Positions 1 through 9,149 of a DNA stretch of 64,000 nt are shown piece after piece (the first letter of the stretch is position 1; every line of letters starts with the position of its first letter). Made by a program: the position numbers and the translations under genes. This DNA is from Bacilli bacterium. Its GTDB lineage: Bacteria > Bacillota_I > Bacilli_A > RF39 > UBA660. The notes under the pieces are model-generated. The model saw nothing but the letters and a program-made list of their open reading frames with translations, did not search any database and was not told the DNA's origin. The DNA lies in assembly GCA_017433415.1 (NCBI GenBank), contig JAFRHI010000019.1, forward strand, positions 4,327-68,326. Reading direction: 5' to 3'.

Positions 1-456
1 CATTTTAGAAAGTTTTTCATGCGTAAATTCATTTTTCGCAACTAACATTAATCCGCTTGTATCTTTATCTAATCTATGAACAATACCAGGTCGCTCTTTT
101 GAACCACTAGTAATATCATATTTGTAAAGTAATGCATTAACAAGTGTTCTAGTATAATGACCTGGTGCTGGATGAACAACCATCCCACTTTTTTTATTTA
201 TAATTAATAAATCATCATCTTCATAAACTATATCTAATTCTATATCTTCAGGAACTACATCTACTTCATAATCTAATTGATCATTAACTTCAATCTCATC
301 ATTAACCTTAACCTGATAACTTGCTGATACTTCTCGCCCATTAACTAAGATTTTTCCGCTTTTCACAAGTTTTTGAATTTTACTACGTGATACATCCATT
401 ACTTTAGCTAAATAAGAATCTAATCTTTCACTTACATCTTCATTTACTACTATCAT
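1..456 (-). CDS. RluD/RluA-family pseudouridine synthase, N-terminal 152 aa only (gene continues past the window start)
   Basis: Own translation of the minus strand gives MIVVNEDVSERLDSYLAKV...GREV (S4-like) and ...ERPGIVHRLDKDTSGLMLVAKN (HRLDxxTSG catalytic motif). GGAGG lies upstream of the ATG at 456. Confidence 0.75.
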   Translation of the reverse strand, partial: MIVVNEDVSERLDSYLAKVMDVSRSKIQKLVKSGKILVNGREVSASYQVKVNDEIEVNDQLDYEVDVVPEDIELDIVYEDDDLLIINKKSGMVVHPAPGHYTRTLVNALLYKYDITSGSKERPGIVHRLDKDTSGLMLVAKNEFTHEKLSKM

Positions 457-531
457 AGGCAACCTCCAATCAATACACTCATATTTTATCATATAATTAA
501 AAATAAACCATCTTTTTTGATGGTTTATTAA

Positions 532-951
532 TTAATCACTAATTTCAATATATTTCTTTTCTGCTTCTTTTTTCTTTTCATCAACTTTAGGTATCTCTAA
601 ACTTAAAATACCATTTTTAAATGAAGCTTTAATTTCATCTTGTTTAACATCATCACCTACATAGAAGCTACGAGAGCATTCCCCAATAAATCTTTCACGT
701 CTAACATATTTACCTTTTTCTTTATCATTTACTTCATTACTAGTTTTAGCATTAATAGTTAAATAGCCATTAGTAACATCAATCTTAATATCTTCTTTAT
801 TATATCCTGGAAGATCAACATCAACTATAAAACTATTTTCACCTTCTCTTATATCTGTTTTCATTAGACTATTTTTTTCTTTTCCATTGAAAAAATCATC
901 TCTAAAAAAGTCATCAAATAAATCAAAATCTCTTCTTGGCATTAACATCAT
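532..951 (-). CDS. Hsp20/alpha-crystallin small heat-shock protein
   Basis: ORF track 532..960. The ATG at 951 sits 9 nt after GAAAGGAAG, so it is preferred over the TTG at 960. Typical sHSP layout (DIREGENSFIVDVDLPGY...GILSLEIPK). Confidence 0.85.
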   Translation of the reverse strand: MMLMPRRDFDLFDDFFRDDFFNGKEKNSLMKTDIREGENSFIVDVDLPGYNKEDIKIDVTNGYLTINAKTSNEVNDKEKGKYVRRERFIGECSRSFYVGDDVKQDEIKASFKNGILSLEIPKVDEKKKEAEKKYIEISD

Positions 952-1055
952 ATAAATCAACTTCCTTTCATATTTGTGTTATCAAATGAATGGTAGCACA
1001 TTAATCAATTAATACCTGTAGTATTTCTTACTACAATTTAATACTAGCACTATTT

Positions 1056-1082
1056 TTAGCACTTGTCAATAGTGAGTGCCAA
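1056..1082. promoter_or_regulatory. CIRCE-like HrcA operator upstream of hsp20
   Basis: TTAGCACTT-N9-GAGTGCCAA compared with the consensus TTAGCACTC-N9-GAGTGCTAA (two mismatches). Located in the hsp20 upstream region. Confidence 0.7.
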
Positions 1083-1140
1083 AAATATTTAAAAATTAAT
1101 GTCATATTTCTATGACACTAATATTATATACAAAACTTTA

Positions 1141-2034
1141 TTAATTATTCTTAATAAACTCTAAAATATCTTTAAATACAGTTTTACTATTATCCATAAA
1201 TATAGCATGCTTCAAACCTGGATATAATTTAAAATCGATGTTTTTATAACCAAGGTTTTCCATAAAATCTATACTTTTAAGCCACATTTTTTCACTTTTA
1301 ATTACCTTATCACTACTACCCGCAATAAAATAAATTGGTAATTTTTTATTCTTAAGAGTCCATCCTTTTTTAGAATAAACATCTATCATCAACTGCATTA
1401 AATTAATAAATCCATTAGTTGTGAATATAAATGAACAATATTTATCTTTATGATATTTTTTTACATAATCTTTATTAATAGATAACCAACTACCAGTAGG
1501 ATCATTTGGTAATACTAATTTATTTAATGTCTTACTCCTGTAATGATCACCTCTTATTAATTTAGTTACTTTACAAATGAATTTTCCACAACGAGACACT
1601 TTATTAATACTAGGTGAACCACATACTATTAACTTATTAATATCTTTATCATATTTTTTAAGATATTTTCTAACTATTAATGATCCCATACTATGTCCAA
1701 ATAAATAAACTGGTAAATCCTTATACTTATCTTTTACATATTTAGTAATTTGATGTAAGTCCTCTACAACATAAGCACCTTTTTCTTCATAAAAGAATCC
1801 TAAATCTTTATCATTCTTAACTGATTTACCATGTCCTCTATGGTCATTAATAACACAAACATATCCCTTATCACATAAGTATTCCATTAAATCATAGTAA
1901 TAGATTTGATGTTCAACCATCCCATGTGAAATTTGAAAAATCCCCTTTTTAGTTTTCTTTTCTGGTTCAAATATTGTGACATAAATATCTAATCCATCAC
2001 AATCTGACTTAAGATAAAAACTACTCTTTTTCAT
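1141..2034 (-). CDS. alpha/beta hydrolase (monoacylglycerol lipase / lysophospholipase-like)
   Basis: GHSMGS nucleophile elbow, HGMVEH oxyanion region, 297 aa. RBS is TAGGAGAT. Confidence 0.75.
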   Translation of the reverse strand: MKKSSFYLKSDCDGLDIYVTIFEPEKKTKKGIFQISHGMVEHQIYYYDLMEYLCDKGYVCVINDHRGHGKSVKNDKDLGFFYEEKGAYVVEDLHQITKYVKDKYKDLPVYLFGHSMGSLIVRKYLKKYDKDINKLIVCGSPSINKVSRCGKFICKVTKLIRGDHYRSKTLNKLVLPNDPTGSWLSINKDYVKKYHKDKYCSFIFTTNGFINLMQLMIDVYSKKGWTLKNKKLPIYFIAGSSDKVIKSEKMWLKSIDFMENLGYKNIDFKLYPGLKHAIFMDNSKTVFKDILEFIKNN

Positions 2035-2147
2035 AAAATATCTCCTATATCTATATTATAAAATATAAATTAAAAAAGTAAAACAAATTATGCGTCTTAT
2101 TGCAGAAAATCACAAACTATGCTAATTTAATATTAAGGTGATAGTTC

Positions 2148-3293
2148 ATGGATAATTATATTGATTTTTACTATGATGAAAACGATAATTTTATAGCTGA
2201 TATTTTTAGTAACGGAAAACTAAAAAGAGTTAGAAATCCTAAAAATATTGATAAACTAATTTCTATTGCAGAAAAGTATAATTATGTAATTGAAGATGAA
2301 GGAAGAATTACTAAAAGAGTTACTCCTATCATTAATGAATTTGGAAAATACATGTTAGAGAAAAAAAGAAAAAGAGATCGAAAAATAAACATCTATAATA
2401 CTATTACAAGTAGTATGAAATTAAGCCGAAAAGATCCTACTTTAGGCAAAAAAATTGGTACTGGTCTCCTTGCTTTTACTATTTTAGCTACTGGCATTGG
2501 AGCTTATAAACATCATTCTGAAAAAAGATCTAAAGAACCAGTAGAAACCAGTGATCAATTAATGGAAGACAATTCTTCTCCATTTAATGATAGTTTTGAA
2601 ATAATAGAAGATCATCGTGATATGGATACTATGTTCCAAGATAATTCTTTTCACTTTTCCTATGAAGAAAGAACAAAAACAAATAACATTGAAAGAGCTA
2701 AAGAATACATTGATCTATTTGAAAAATATGGTAACATGTATGGTGTTGATCCTCATATCTTACTAGCTATAGCAGCGCAAGAAAGTGGTGGTAATCACTA
2801 TGATAACTTAAAAGATGAACTTCCTGCATCTGGCATTATGCAAATAGAAAAATCTGTCCATACTGGAGAAAGCATTTCAGCTTATAACTTTGAAACTAAT
2901 AAAATAGATAATCTTTTAATTACCGAAGAAAATTTAAAAGATTTAGAAACTAATATTCAAATTGCTACTATTCTTTTTAAAAATTGTCTAAAAGAAAACA
3001 ACTATAATATTCCATTAGCAATCCAAGCTTATAACTATGGTTATGGAAACATTTATTATCTACTAGCAAGTTGTAGTAAATCAGAAAATATTACTATTGA
3101 TGAAATAAAGAACAATCCTACTATTAATTGTTGGTTAAACTATCGTAAAAATATAAGTGTTGGAGATCCTGAATATGTAGAACATGTTCTAAGCTATTTA
3201 GATACTGGCTCCCTAACAGTTAGAACCTCAACAGGAGATATAGTAACAGTAAACCTAAAAAATGATTATCAAAAAAGTGTTCAATACAATTAA
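2148..3293 (+). CDS. membrane-anchored lytic transglycosylase (SLT domain) protein
   Basis: AAQESGGN (catalytic E-S), SGIMQIE and AYNYGYGN motifs in the C-terminal half, with a central TM segment. Confidence 0.7.
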   Translation: MDNYIDFYYDENDNFIADIFSNGKLKRVRNPKNIDKLISIAEKYNYVIEDEGRITKRVTPIINEFGKYMLEKKRKRDRKINIYNTITSSMKLSRKDPTLGKKIGTGLLAFTILATGIGAYKHHSEKRSKEPVETSDQLMEDNSSPFNDSFEIIEDHRDMDTMFQDNSFHFSYEERTKTNNIERAKEYIDLFEKYGNMYGVDPHILLAIAAQESGGNHYDNLKDELPASGIMQIEKSVHTGESISAYNFETNKIDNLLITEENLKDLETNIQIATILFKNCLKENNYNIPLAIQAYNYGYGNIYYLLASCSKSENITIDEIKNNPTINCWLNYRKNISVGDPEYVEHVLSYLDTGSLTVRTSTGDIVTVNLKNDYQKSVQYN

Positions 3294-3316
3294 AAAAAGG
3301 CCTTGGCCTTTTTTAT
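3294..3316. terminator. bidirectional rho-independent terminator between convergent genes
   Basis: AAAAAGGCC-TT-GGCCTTTTTT hairpin flanked by A and T runs. Confidence 0.7.
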
Positions 3317-3880
3317 TTATGAAAATGAATTAGCTAATCTTTTACTAGTTTTTTTACTAGGGCTTCCTAAAGATAAAACGTACTCTTTAGATCCAACTAC
3401 ATGTTCTTGTAAAATAGAAATATCTTCCTTATCACCTCTAAAGAAATGTCCTGGTACTAAAACATACTTCTTTTCAACAAGTCGTGGTAAAATTCCTTCA
3501 TTAACATCCACCTTATAATGCTTTTCATATAATTCAGATTCTAATAAAGAATCATAATCAGTTTTAATATTTAAATCTTCAAGTTCCCCTACCAATTTTT
3601 TTAGTCTTTTACTAGCTGTCATTTGATATACATCTTCACCATATATTTTATAAAAAATTGCATCTGTTAAAACATCTCCAGCAGATATAAGACCAAATCC
3701 TACAACAGATGCTTGTGAAGCAATACTAAGATCACCACCATATAAAGCCGAAAAACCTATCGCAAACGGAATAAATTTTATATTACTTGGTAAATTATTA
3801 AAAAAAGATTTAGAAAGAGTAAAATTATCTCTTGCATTATAAACTTCTTTTATAAAATCATAATTAATAATTAATTTCAC
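3317..3880 (-). CDS. hypothetical protein
   Basis: ORF track 3317..3913. The GTG at 3880 lies 5 nt after GGGGGGAT and is the more likely start. No recognisable motifs. Confidence 0.5.
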   Translation of the reverse strand: MKLIINYDFIKEVYNARDNFTLSKSFFNNLPSNIKFIPFAIGFSALYGGDLSIASQASVVGFGLISAGDVLTDAIFYKIYGEDVYQMTASKRLKKLVGELEDLNIKTDYDSLLESELYEKHYKVDVNEGILPRLVEKKYVLVPGHFFRGDKEDISILQEHVVGSKEYVLSLGSPSKKTSKRLANSFS

Positions 3881-3934
3881 AGCTATCCCCCCAAAGCAGA
3901 AATATAGTATCACTTAATAAATAAAAAAGCAATA

Positions 3935-4459
3935 TTAATCACTAATAATGCTTTTTATCCTATTAAATTCATCTATTGAATATGCACATAATATAACATT
4001 AATATCATATTCATATTTCAAATTAAATTCATTATAAGCTTTTAAACACTCTTCAGCAGATACTATTGCTGGATTATCCAAATTACCACCATAGATTCCT
4101 GAACTAATTAGTGGAAAAGAAATAGAATGTAGATTATTATCTTTCAAAACAACTAGTGAATTATAATACGCTCTAAATAAATCATCAAGTTTAGCTGAAC
4201 TATTATTAAAATCTGGACCTACTGCATGAATAATATATTTGGCATTAGTAATATTAAAAGCCTCCGTAATAACAGCATCTCCATCATCAAGAGGTGTTTT
4301 TATTTTACTACAAGCCAAATTTAATTTTTCATAACCCGCTCTTCTAAATATTTCTCCACATACTCCACCACCCGATGCTAAATATTTATTTGCTGCGTTA
4401 ACTACTGCATCAACATCTTGTAAAACACAAGAACCATGTATTATCTTAAAACTACTCAT
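3935..4459 (-). CDS. macro-domain protein (ADP-ribose binding / O-acetyl-ADP-ribose deacetylase-like)
   Basis: VNAANKYLASGGGVCGEI and PLISSGIYGG motifs typical of the MacroD/YmdB type. Confidence 0.8.
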   Translation of the reverse strand: MSSFKIIHGSCVLQDVDAVVNAANKYLASGGGVCGEIFRRAGYEKLNLACSKIKTPLDDGDAVITEAFNITNAKYIIHAVGPDFNNSSAKLDDLFRAYYNSLVVLKDNNLHSISFPLISSGIYGGNLDNPAIVSAEECLKAYNEFNLKYEYDINVILCAYSIDEFNRIKSIISD

Positions 4460-4545
4460 TCTTCATCATCTTCTTCATCACTATCATCATCATCATCATC
4501 TAATTGACCTGTAACATATAAATACTCTAAGAAATCCTCATCCAT
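4456..4545 (-). CDS. 29-aa poly-acidic micro-ORF translationally coupled to the macro-domain gene
   Basis: Own translation: MDEDFLEYLYVTGQLDDDDDDSDEEDDEE. Strong SD (TAGGAGGTG) and an ATGA stop/start overlap with the macro gene. Confidence 0.45.
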   Translation of the reverse strand: MDEDFLEYLYVTGQLDDDDDDSDEEDDEE

Positions 4546-4556
4546 TTTTACACCTC

Positions 4557-5186
4557 CTATTTAAAATATAAATATTTAAAACCTAAAGTTTTATAAATAC
4601 TTGGAGCACTAGGTAAATTAAATAAACTAGTAAATATTAAATTATATATTTCATCAAATAAAACTAAAGAACAAAAAACAATACTAATAATAAATATAAC
4701 ATTTAAGTATTTACTATTAACAAGTTTTATTAATATTGGTATTATGACATACATAAGTAATAAACCAGAAAAACCAAATACCAATACACTTCTTAAACAC
4801 ACATAACCATTAATATTTCCAAAATTTAATATCTCTTGATTATAATCCCAACATCTTATCCAACCCAATTTACCATATAATATATAGCCAGATAAATATT
4901 CAAGTATCCCTGTTGAAATCACACTAATCAAGAATACTTGGAGCGGATGTTTTCTTACTTTACAAGTTAAAAATAATATTAAAAAAGCCCCATATGCATA
5001 AATATTAATCCAAGGAAGAAAATTACCTCCTCGCATATAAAATACTTTCATTCCACTATTAAAATAATAAAATATAAATTCATATAACCAACCAAATATT
5101 CCCGATATAACTATTATTAAAAGAATAATACTAATTATTTGTTTTTTACTTAATAAAACATTATCATTAAAATACTTACTAAACAT
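4557..5186 (-). CDS. polytopic membrane protein (about 6 TM), function unknown
   Basis: Hydrophobic segments throughout. Resembles the DUF1113 'putative ABC-transporter type IV' family from memory only. Confidence 0.5.
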   Translation of the reverse strand: MFSKYFNDNVLLSKKQIISIILLIIVISGIFGWLYEFIFYYFNSGMKVFYMRGGNFLPWINIYAYGAFLILFLTCKVRKHPLQVFLISVISTGILEYLSGYILYGKLGWIRCWDYNQEILNFGNINGYVCLRSVLVFGFSGLLLMYVIIPILIKLVNSKYLNVIFIISIVFCSLVLFDEIYNLIFTSLFNLPSAPSIYKTLGFKYLYFK

Positions 5187-5228
5187 AATAACTCCACTAC
5201 AATTTATTATATTATAACATATTATATC

Positions 5229-6011
5229 CTAATATAATCGCCATTCAGCTAATTTCTCAAAACCCCCTAAATTATTAATATATTTCCGGGCAATTTCCAC
5301 AATATCAGAATAAGGTTTTCCATCAACATATTCATCGCCTATTGCACAACTAATCTCAACAATCTTGCCACTTTCTTGCGCTTTTAAAAAAGCATAAATA
5401 TTAATAGAAACATCTGCTTTAGATAAATCTTTACCATGTAGTCCACCACCAGTAACAGACTCTGCCATATCAGACCCTAGTTTTCTATTTACTGCTCCAC
5501 TATCAGTATTAATACCACCTATCCAATCACCTAATGGATTAATTACTGCAAAAGGGTATTCTTTTTTTAATTTAGAACTATCAACATTACTTTGACAAAT
5601 AATTAATTTATCATTATCTAAAATATATTTACCATCATATGGATATTTTAAATAAATATCTCTAGCAATCTTACTTAACTCTTTATCAATACTTCTTAAT
5701 GGTACTCCTCTAAATATTCCATTATCACCACATCTAATCTTATCTTTTTGATTATTAGCCAAGTATTTATCTTGCGTAACTACTAATAAATCAACTTTAA
5801 CTTCTCCTACTATTCTAAAAACTATTTTTTCAACAGCTTTCTGTGTAAAACTCTCACTACTTTCTATAATAATATGACATATTCCATGTCCTAATAAAAC
5901 TTCTACCGCAATTTTTGGGTTATTATTCTTTTTATATGCTAAATCAACTAATGCTCCTGCTACTCTATCCGCTAATTTATCAGGATGAGCAGGATTTACT
6001 TTTTCAATCAT
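5229..6011 (-). CDS. metK: compact S-adenosylmethionine synthetase (MetK) homologue, 260 aa
   Basis: AHPDKLADRVAGA (cf. GHPDKIADQISDA), CGDNGIF (cf. GAGDQGLMFG), INPLGDWIGG...GAVNRKLG...GGGLHGKDLSKAD (cf. INPTGRFVIGGP..GLTGRKII..GGGAFSGKDPSKVD). Sits downstream of a SAM-I riboswitch. Confidence 0.65.
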   Translation of the reverse strand: MIEKVNPAHPDKLADRVAGALVDLAYKKNNNPKIAVEVLLGHGICHIIIESSESFTQKAVEKIVFRIVGEVKVDLLVVTQDKYLANNQKDKIRCGDNGIFRGVPLRSIDKELSKIARDIYLKYPYDGKYILDNDKLIICQSNVDSSKLKKEYPFAVINPLGDWIGGINTDSGAVNRKLGSDMAESVTGGGLHGKDLSKADVSINIYAFLKAQESGKIVEISCAIGDEYVDGKPYSDIVEIARKYINNLGGFEKLAEWRLY

Positions 6012-6013
6012 TT

Positions 6014-6238
6014 CTATTCTCCTCTCAATTTTTTTCTAAGTTTCGTATAAAAATATTTAGCTTGAATAATAATAGGTGTCTTCATTAGTAACGAAAACTC
6101 ATCATCATTTAAACTATCTATCCAACTAATAACTTCTTCTGGTCTACTATTACCAAAAGGTAAAACCATCACTTCATCATCTGGTGTCTTAACTACTTCA
6201 TGTAATCTATGAAGCATCATCTTAACATCTCTATCCAT
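6014..6238 (-). CDS. hypothetical 74-aa protein, first gene after the SAM riboswitch
   Basis: GAAAGGAGAG RBS. No recognisable motifs. Confidence 0.5.
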   Translation of the reverse strand: MDRDVKMMLHRLHEVVKTPDDEVMVLPFGNSRPEEVISWIDSLNDDEFSLLMKTPIIIQAKYFYTKLRKKLRGE

Positions 6239-6265
6239 ATACTCTCCTTTCTACATCTTGCTAGA

Positions 6266-6392
6266 TACAAAAAAGACTCAAGATAACTTGAGTCTTTAAA
6301 AGTTATCTTATAGATCTAGCATTACCACCTAACTTAATAGGTTGGTGTGACTTCTTAGGGCTAGTCCCTCCATCACTCTTTATAAGATGTAA
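6266..6392 (-). promoter_or_regulatory. SAM-I (S-box) riboswitch with terminator/antiterminator expression platform
   Basis: Minus-strand RNA: UCUUAUAAAGAGUGAUGGAGGGACUAGCCCUAAGAAGUCACACCAACC..UUAGGUGGUAAUGCUAGAUCUAUAAGA. This is followed by GACUCAAGUUAUCUUGAGUC plus a U-run. AAGAUAACUU can pair with AAGUUAUCUU as an antiterminator. Confidence 0.85.
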
Positions 6393-6451
6393 ATACATTA
6401 TATCATATAATTAATAAAATATGCACAAAAATAATTGTCAACAAAAAAAGG

Positions 6452-6480
6452 TTGACATATTTTTTAAATTATGCTATAGT
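6452..6480 (+). promoter_or_regulatory. sigma-A type promoter for the leader peptide / ABC exporter
   Basis: TTGACA, 17-nt spacer, TATAGT. Confidence 0.6.
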
Positions 6481-6509
6481 CTTATTGATTTGAAGAAAGG
6501 AGTGAGAAC

Positions 6510-6602
6510 ATGGTTTTATTAACTATATTGACAATTTATATTAGAGGAAAACTATATAGTAGACACAGGAGTGATAATCAAATCTCACTCCTAAACGATT
6601 AG
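6510..6602 (+). CDS. 30-aa candidate leader peptide
   Basis: AAGGAGTGAGAAC then ATG. Peptide is MVLLTILTIYIRGKLYSRHRSDNQISLLND. Its SD and 3' end are involved in alternative pairings (GGAGTGAGA, AGGAGTGA and TCTCACTCCT). Confidence 0.45.
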   Translation: MVLLTILTIYIRGKLYSRHRSDNQISLLND

Positions 6603-6630
6603 AAACTACTATAAGTAGTTTTTTCTTTTG
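6603..6630 (+). terminator. intrinsic terminator (attenuator) between leader ORF and ABC gene
   Basis: AAACTACT-ATA-AGTAGTTT followed by TTTTCTTTT. Confidence 0.6.
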
Positions 6631-6648
6631 GAAAAAAGAGGTGAATTT

Positions 6649-8382
6649 ATGAAAGAGAAAAATAAATATTTCAAAATTATTTGGAAATATTTAAAAGAAG
6701 ACAAACTCAAAGTATTCATCTATCTCATATTAGTTTTACTTTCTTATTTTCCAGCACTATTCGCTGCCTATTTCTGGGGAAAAGCTTTAGAATATTTAAT
6801 AATTAAAAATCTAAAAGTCTTTTCAATATATTTACTGTCTTGGGTTGGAATATATATATTCTGTTATTCAATCCTCCAAATACCTAGAGATAAGCTTTAT
6901 AACTATTTTGAAATTAAATTTATGAAAAATGTTTCCCATGATTTATATCAAAAAATTGATAATCTTCCTGCAATAGCATTTGAAGATATAGGGGTTGGTG
7001 AGTTTATTAATAGACTTTATACTGATACAGATCGTGTTATGGAACTATTAAATAAATTAATTAGATTAATCTGTAAATCTTTCGTTGTCCTTGTTGTTAT
7101 TGGATTAACTTTCTATATTTCTTGGATCATTGGAACAGAGGTATTAGTCTTCTCTGTTGTTATGGGATTTATTTCTTGTAAATTCTTCCCTAAGATTAAA
7201 AAGACCCAAGAAAGAATCAAAAAAGAATCTGATAATTATGTAAAAGTCGCAACAGAAAACATTACAGGTATTCGTGAAATAAAAGCACTTGGAATTAAGA
7301 AAAACATCGAAAATAATATTTTTGAAAATCTTGATAGATTATTTCTTCATGAAAAAGAAATACGTAATTATCAAGTTTGGTATTATTCAATTAATAACTT
7401 TATTTATTTCATTTTACAACTTCTAATTCTTTTCTCAGCTGGATATTATTTTATCCAAGGAAAAATAGTTTATGGTCTATTCATAATGCTAGAATCATAT
7501 ATTTGGAGAATTGATGAAGTAGTTGAAAGTATTTCTGATTTTGGAGTTAGTTATAATAAAGTAACTGTCTCTTTAAAAAGAATTGATGAAATTATTCATA
7601 ATAAATTATATAATGATGAAAAATATGGAAAGAAACAACTAAAAGATGTTAAAGGTAATATTGAATTTAAAAATGTAACTTTTAAATATCGTGAAGATGA
7701 AGATAATACTTTGAATAATTTTAATTTAAAAATTAAACCAAATCAAAAAGTAGCAGTTGTTGGTCGTTCTGGTAATGGTAAATCTACTCTATTTAATCTT
7801 TTACTTCGTTACTTTGATACAAGTAAAGGAAAAATATTAATTGATGGAGAAAATATTAAAGACTTAACAGAAGAATCTTTAAGAAATACTATTTCTATTA
7901 TTAGACAAGCACCATTCCTATTCAATTTATCTATTCTAGATAACTTTAAATATGTAAAAGAAGATGTTACTTTAGATGAAGTTCGAGAAGTATGTAAAAA
8001 AGCATATATTGATGATTATATTATGAGTCTGCCTAATAAATATGATACTATTATTGGTGAAGGTGGAGTAAACTTATCAGGAGGACAAAAGCAAAGATTA
8101 GCTATTGCGAGAACCTTACTTAGAGATACTAAAATCATCCTTTTTGATGAAGCAACTAGTGCCTTAGACAATGAATCACAAGAATACATAAAAAGAACTA
8201 TTGATGATTTAGTAAGTACTCATACTATAATTATAGTCGCTCACAGATTATCAACAATTATTGATGCTGATGTCATAAATGTTGTTGACAAAGGTATGTT
8301 AGCAGCTTCTGGAACACATGAAGAACTATTAAAATCATGTGAAGTATATAAAGGATTATATACACAAGAATCTTCAAATTAA
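6649..8382 (+). CDS. ABC exporter, fused permease/ATPase half-transporter (MsbA / multidrug type)
   Basis: N-terminal 6-TM domain. Walker A GRSGNGKST, signature LSGGQKQR, Walker B ILFDEATSALD. The ATG at 6649 follows AAGAGGTGA; the track start at 6628 falls inside the terminator. Confidence 0.85.
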   Translation: MKEKNKYFKIIWKYLKEDKLKVFIYLILVLLSYFPALFAAYFWGKALEYLIIKNLKVFSIYLLSWVGIYIFCYSILQIPRDKLYNYFEIKFMKNVSHDLYQKIDNLPAIAFEDIGVGEFINRLYTDTDRVMELLNKLIRLICKSFVVLVVIGLTFYISWIIGTEVLVFSVVMGFISCKFFPKIKKTQERIKKESDNYVKVATENITGIREIKALGIKKNIENNIFENLDRLFLHEKEIRNYQVWYYSINNFIYFILQLLILFSAGYYFIQGKIVYGLFIMLESYIWRIDEVVESISDFGVSYNKVTVSLKRIDEIIHNKLYNDEKYGKKQLKDVKGNIEFKNVTFKYREDEDNTLNNFNLKIKPNQKVAVVGRSGNGKSTLFNLLLRYFDTSKGKILIDGENIKDLTEESLRNTISIIRQAPFLFNLSILDNFKYVKEDVTLDEVREVCKKAYIDDYIMSLPNKYDTIIGEGGVNLSGGQKQRLAIARTLLRDTKIILFDEATSALDNESQEYIKRTIDDLVSTHTIIIVAHRLSTIIDADVINVVDKGMLAASGTHEELLKSCEVYKGLYTQESSN

Positions 8383-8412
8383 AAAAAAGAAGGAATATTC
8401 CTTCTTTTTATT
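8383..8412. terminator. bidirectional terminator (ABC gene / nrdG)
   Basis: AAGAAGGAATATTCCTTCTT palindrome flanked by A and T runs. Confidence 0.7.
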
Positions 8413-8413
8413 T

Positions 8414-8983
8414 TTATACATACATTGGTACTTTCTTAAATTTATCTACTTCATTATATTCGTTTTCATCTAGTAATACTACATTACCAGTTTCTAAACT
8501 CTTTTTAACATCAATAAGTCGTTGATTTCTAGAACCTCTAAATAATAGACCTAAATCTCTCTCTTTTAAGATAAATTTACCATCTACTAAAATATCTATT
8601 TTTTCTAAAAATTCTCTATATACAGGTTTCTTTTTTGCCATTTTCATTATTTCCTCAAAAGTAAAACCTGTATAGCACCAAATATTTAGACCTTTTTTAA
8701 TAGCATATTCGGCAATTTTATTGCAAGCATCAACTTGAAGCATCGGATCTCCCCCACTAAAAGTTAAACCATTTTGTCCTTCTAATTCATCAATAGCTTC
8801 ATATACAGCCGATAATGGAATTAATCCACCACCTTCAAAATCCCAAGTTTGTGGATTTTGACAACCCTTGCAATGATGTGAACATCCTTGTGTCCACAAA
8901 ACTGCTCTTAAACCAGGTCCATCAACAATACTATCACTTTGTAAATCTGCAGCTAATCTAATGTAATCACTAGTTTGTTCCAT
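8414..8983 (-). CDS. nrdG: anaerobic ribonucleotide reductase activating protein (radical SAM)
   Basis: CSHHCKGCQNP (CX3CX2C) cluster motif. Position immediately after nrdD. Confidence 0.85.
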   Translation of the reverse strand: MEQTSDYIRLAADLQSDSIVDGPGLRAVLWTQGCSHHCKGCQNPQTWDFEGGGLIPLSAVYEAIDELEGQNGLTFSGGDPMLQVDACNKIAEYAIKKGLNIWCYTGFTFEEIMKMAKKKPVYREFLEKIDILVDGKFILKERDLGLLFRGSRNQRLIDVKKSLETGNVVLLDENEYNEVDKFKKVPMYV

Positions 8984-9122
8984 GAGTTACTCTATCAGAT
9001 ACTTCTTCTTTTTTAGCATTGTTGAAACGATCTAAAGTACCAACTAAATATCCGGTAATTCTTCTAATTCTTTCGAACTTTACTCCTTCTCCAACAACTT
9101 TACTTTTCTTTGCGTTATCCAT
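8970..9122 (-). CDS. 50-aa stand-alone NrdD C-terminal glycyl-radical segment
   Basis: Own translation: MDNAKKSKVVGEGVKFERIRRITGYLVGTLDRFNNAKKEEVSDRVTHGTN. It carries the RRITGYL glycyl-radical motif. Own SD is AAGGGAGGAGAA. Its 3' end overlaps the nrdG start by 14 nt. Confidence 0.7.
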   Translation of the reverse strand: MDNAKKSKVVGEGVKFERIRRITGYLVGTLDRFNNAKKEEVSDRVTHGTN

Positions 9123-9149
9123 TTTCTATTCTCCTCCCTTATATATTCA

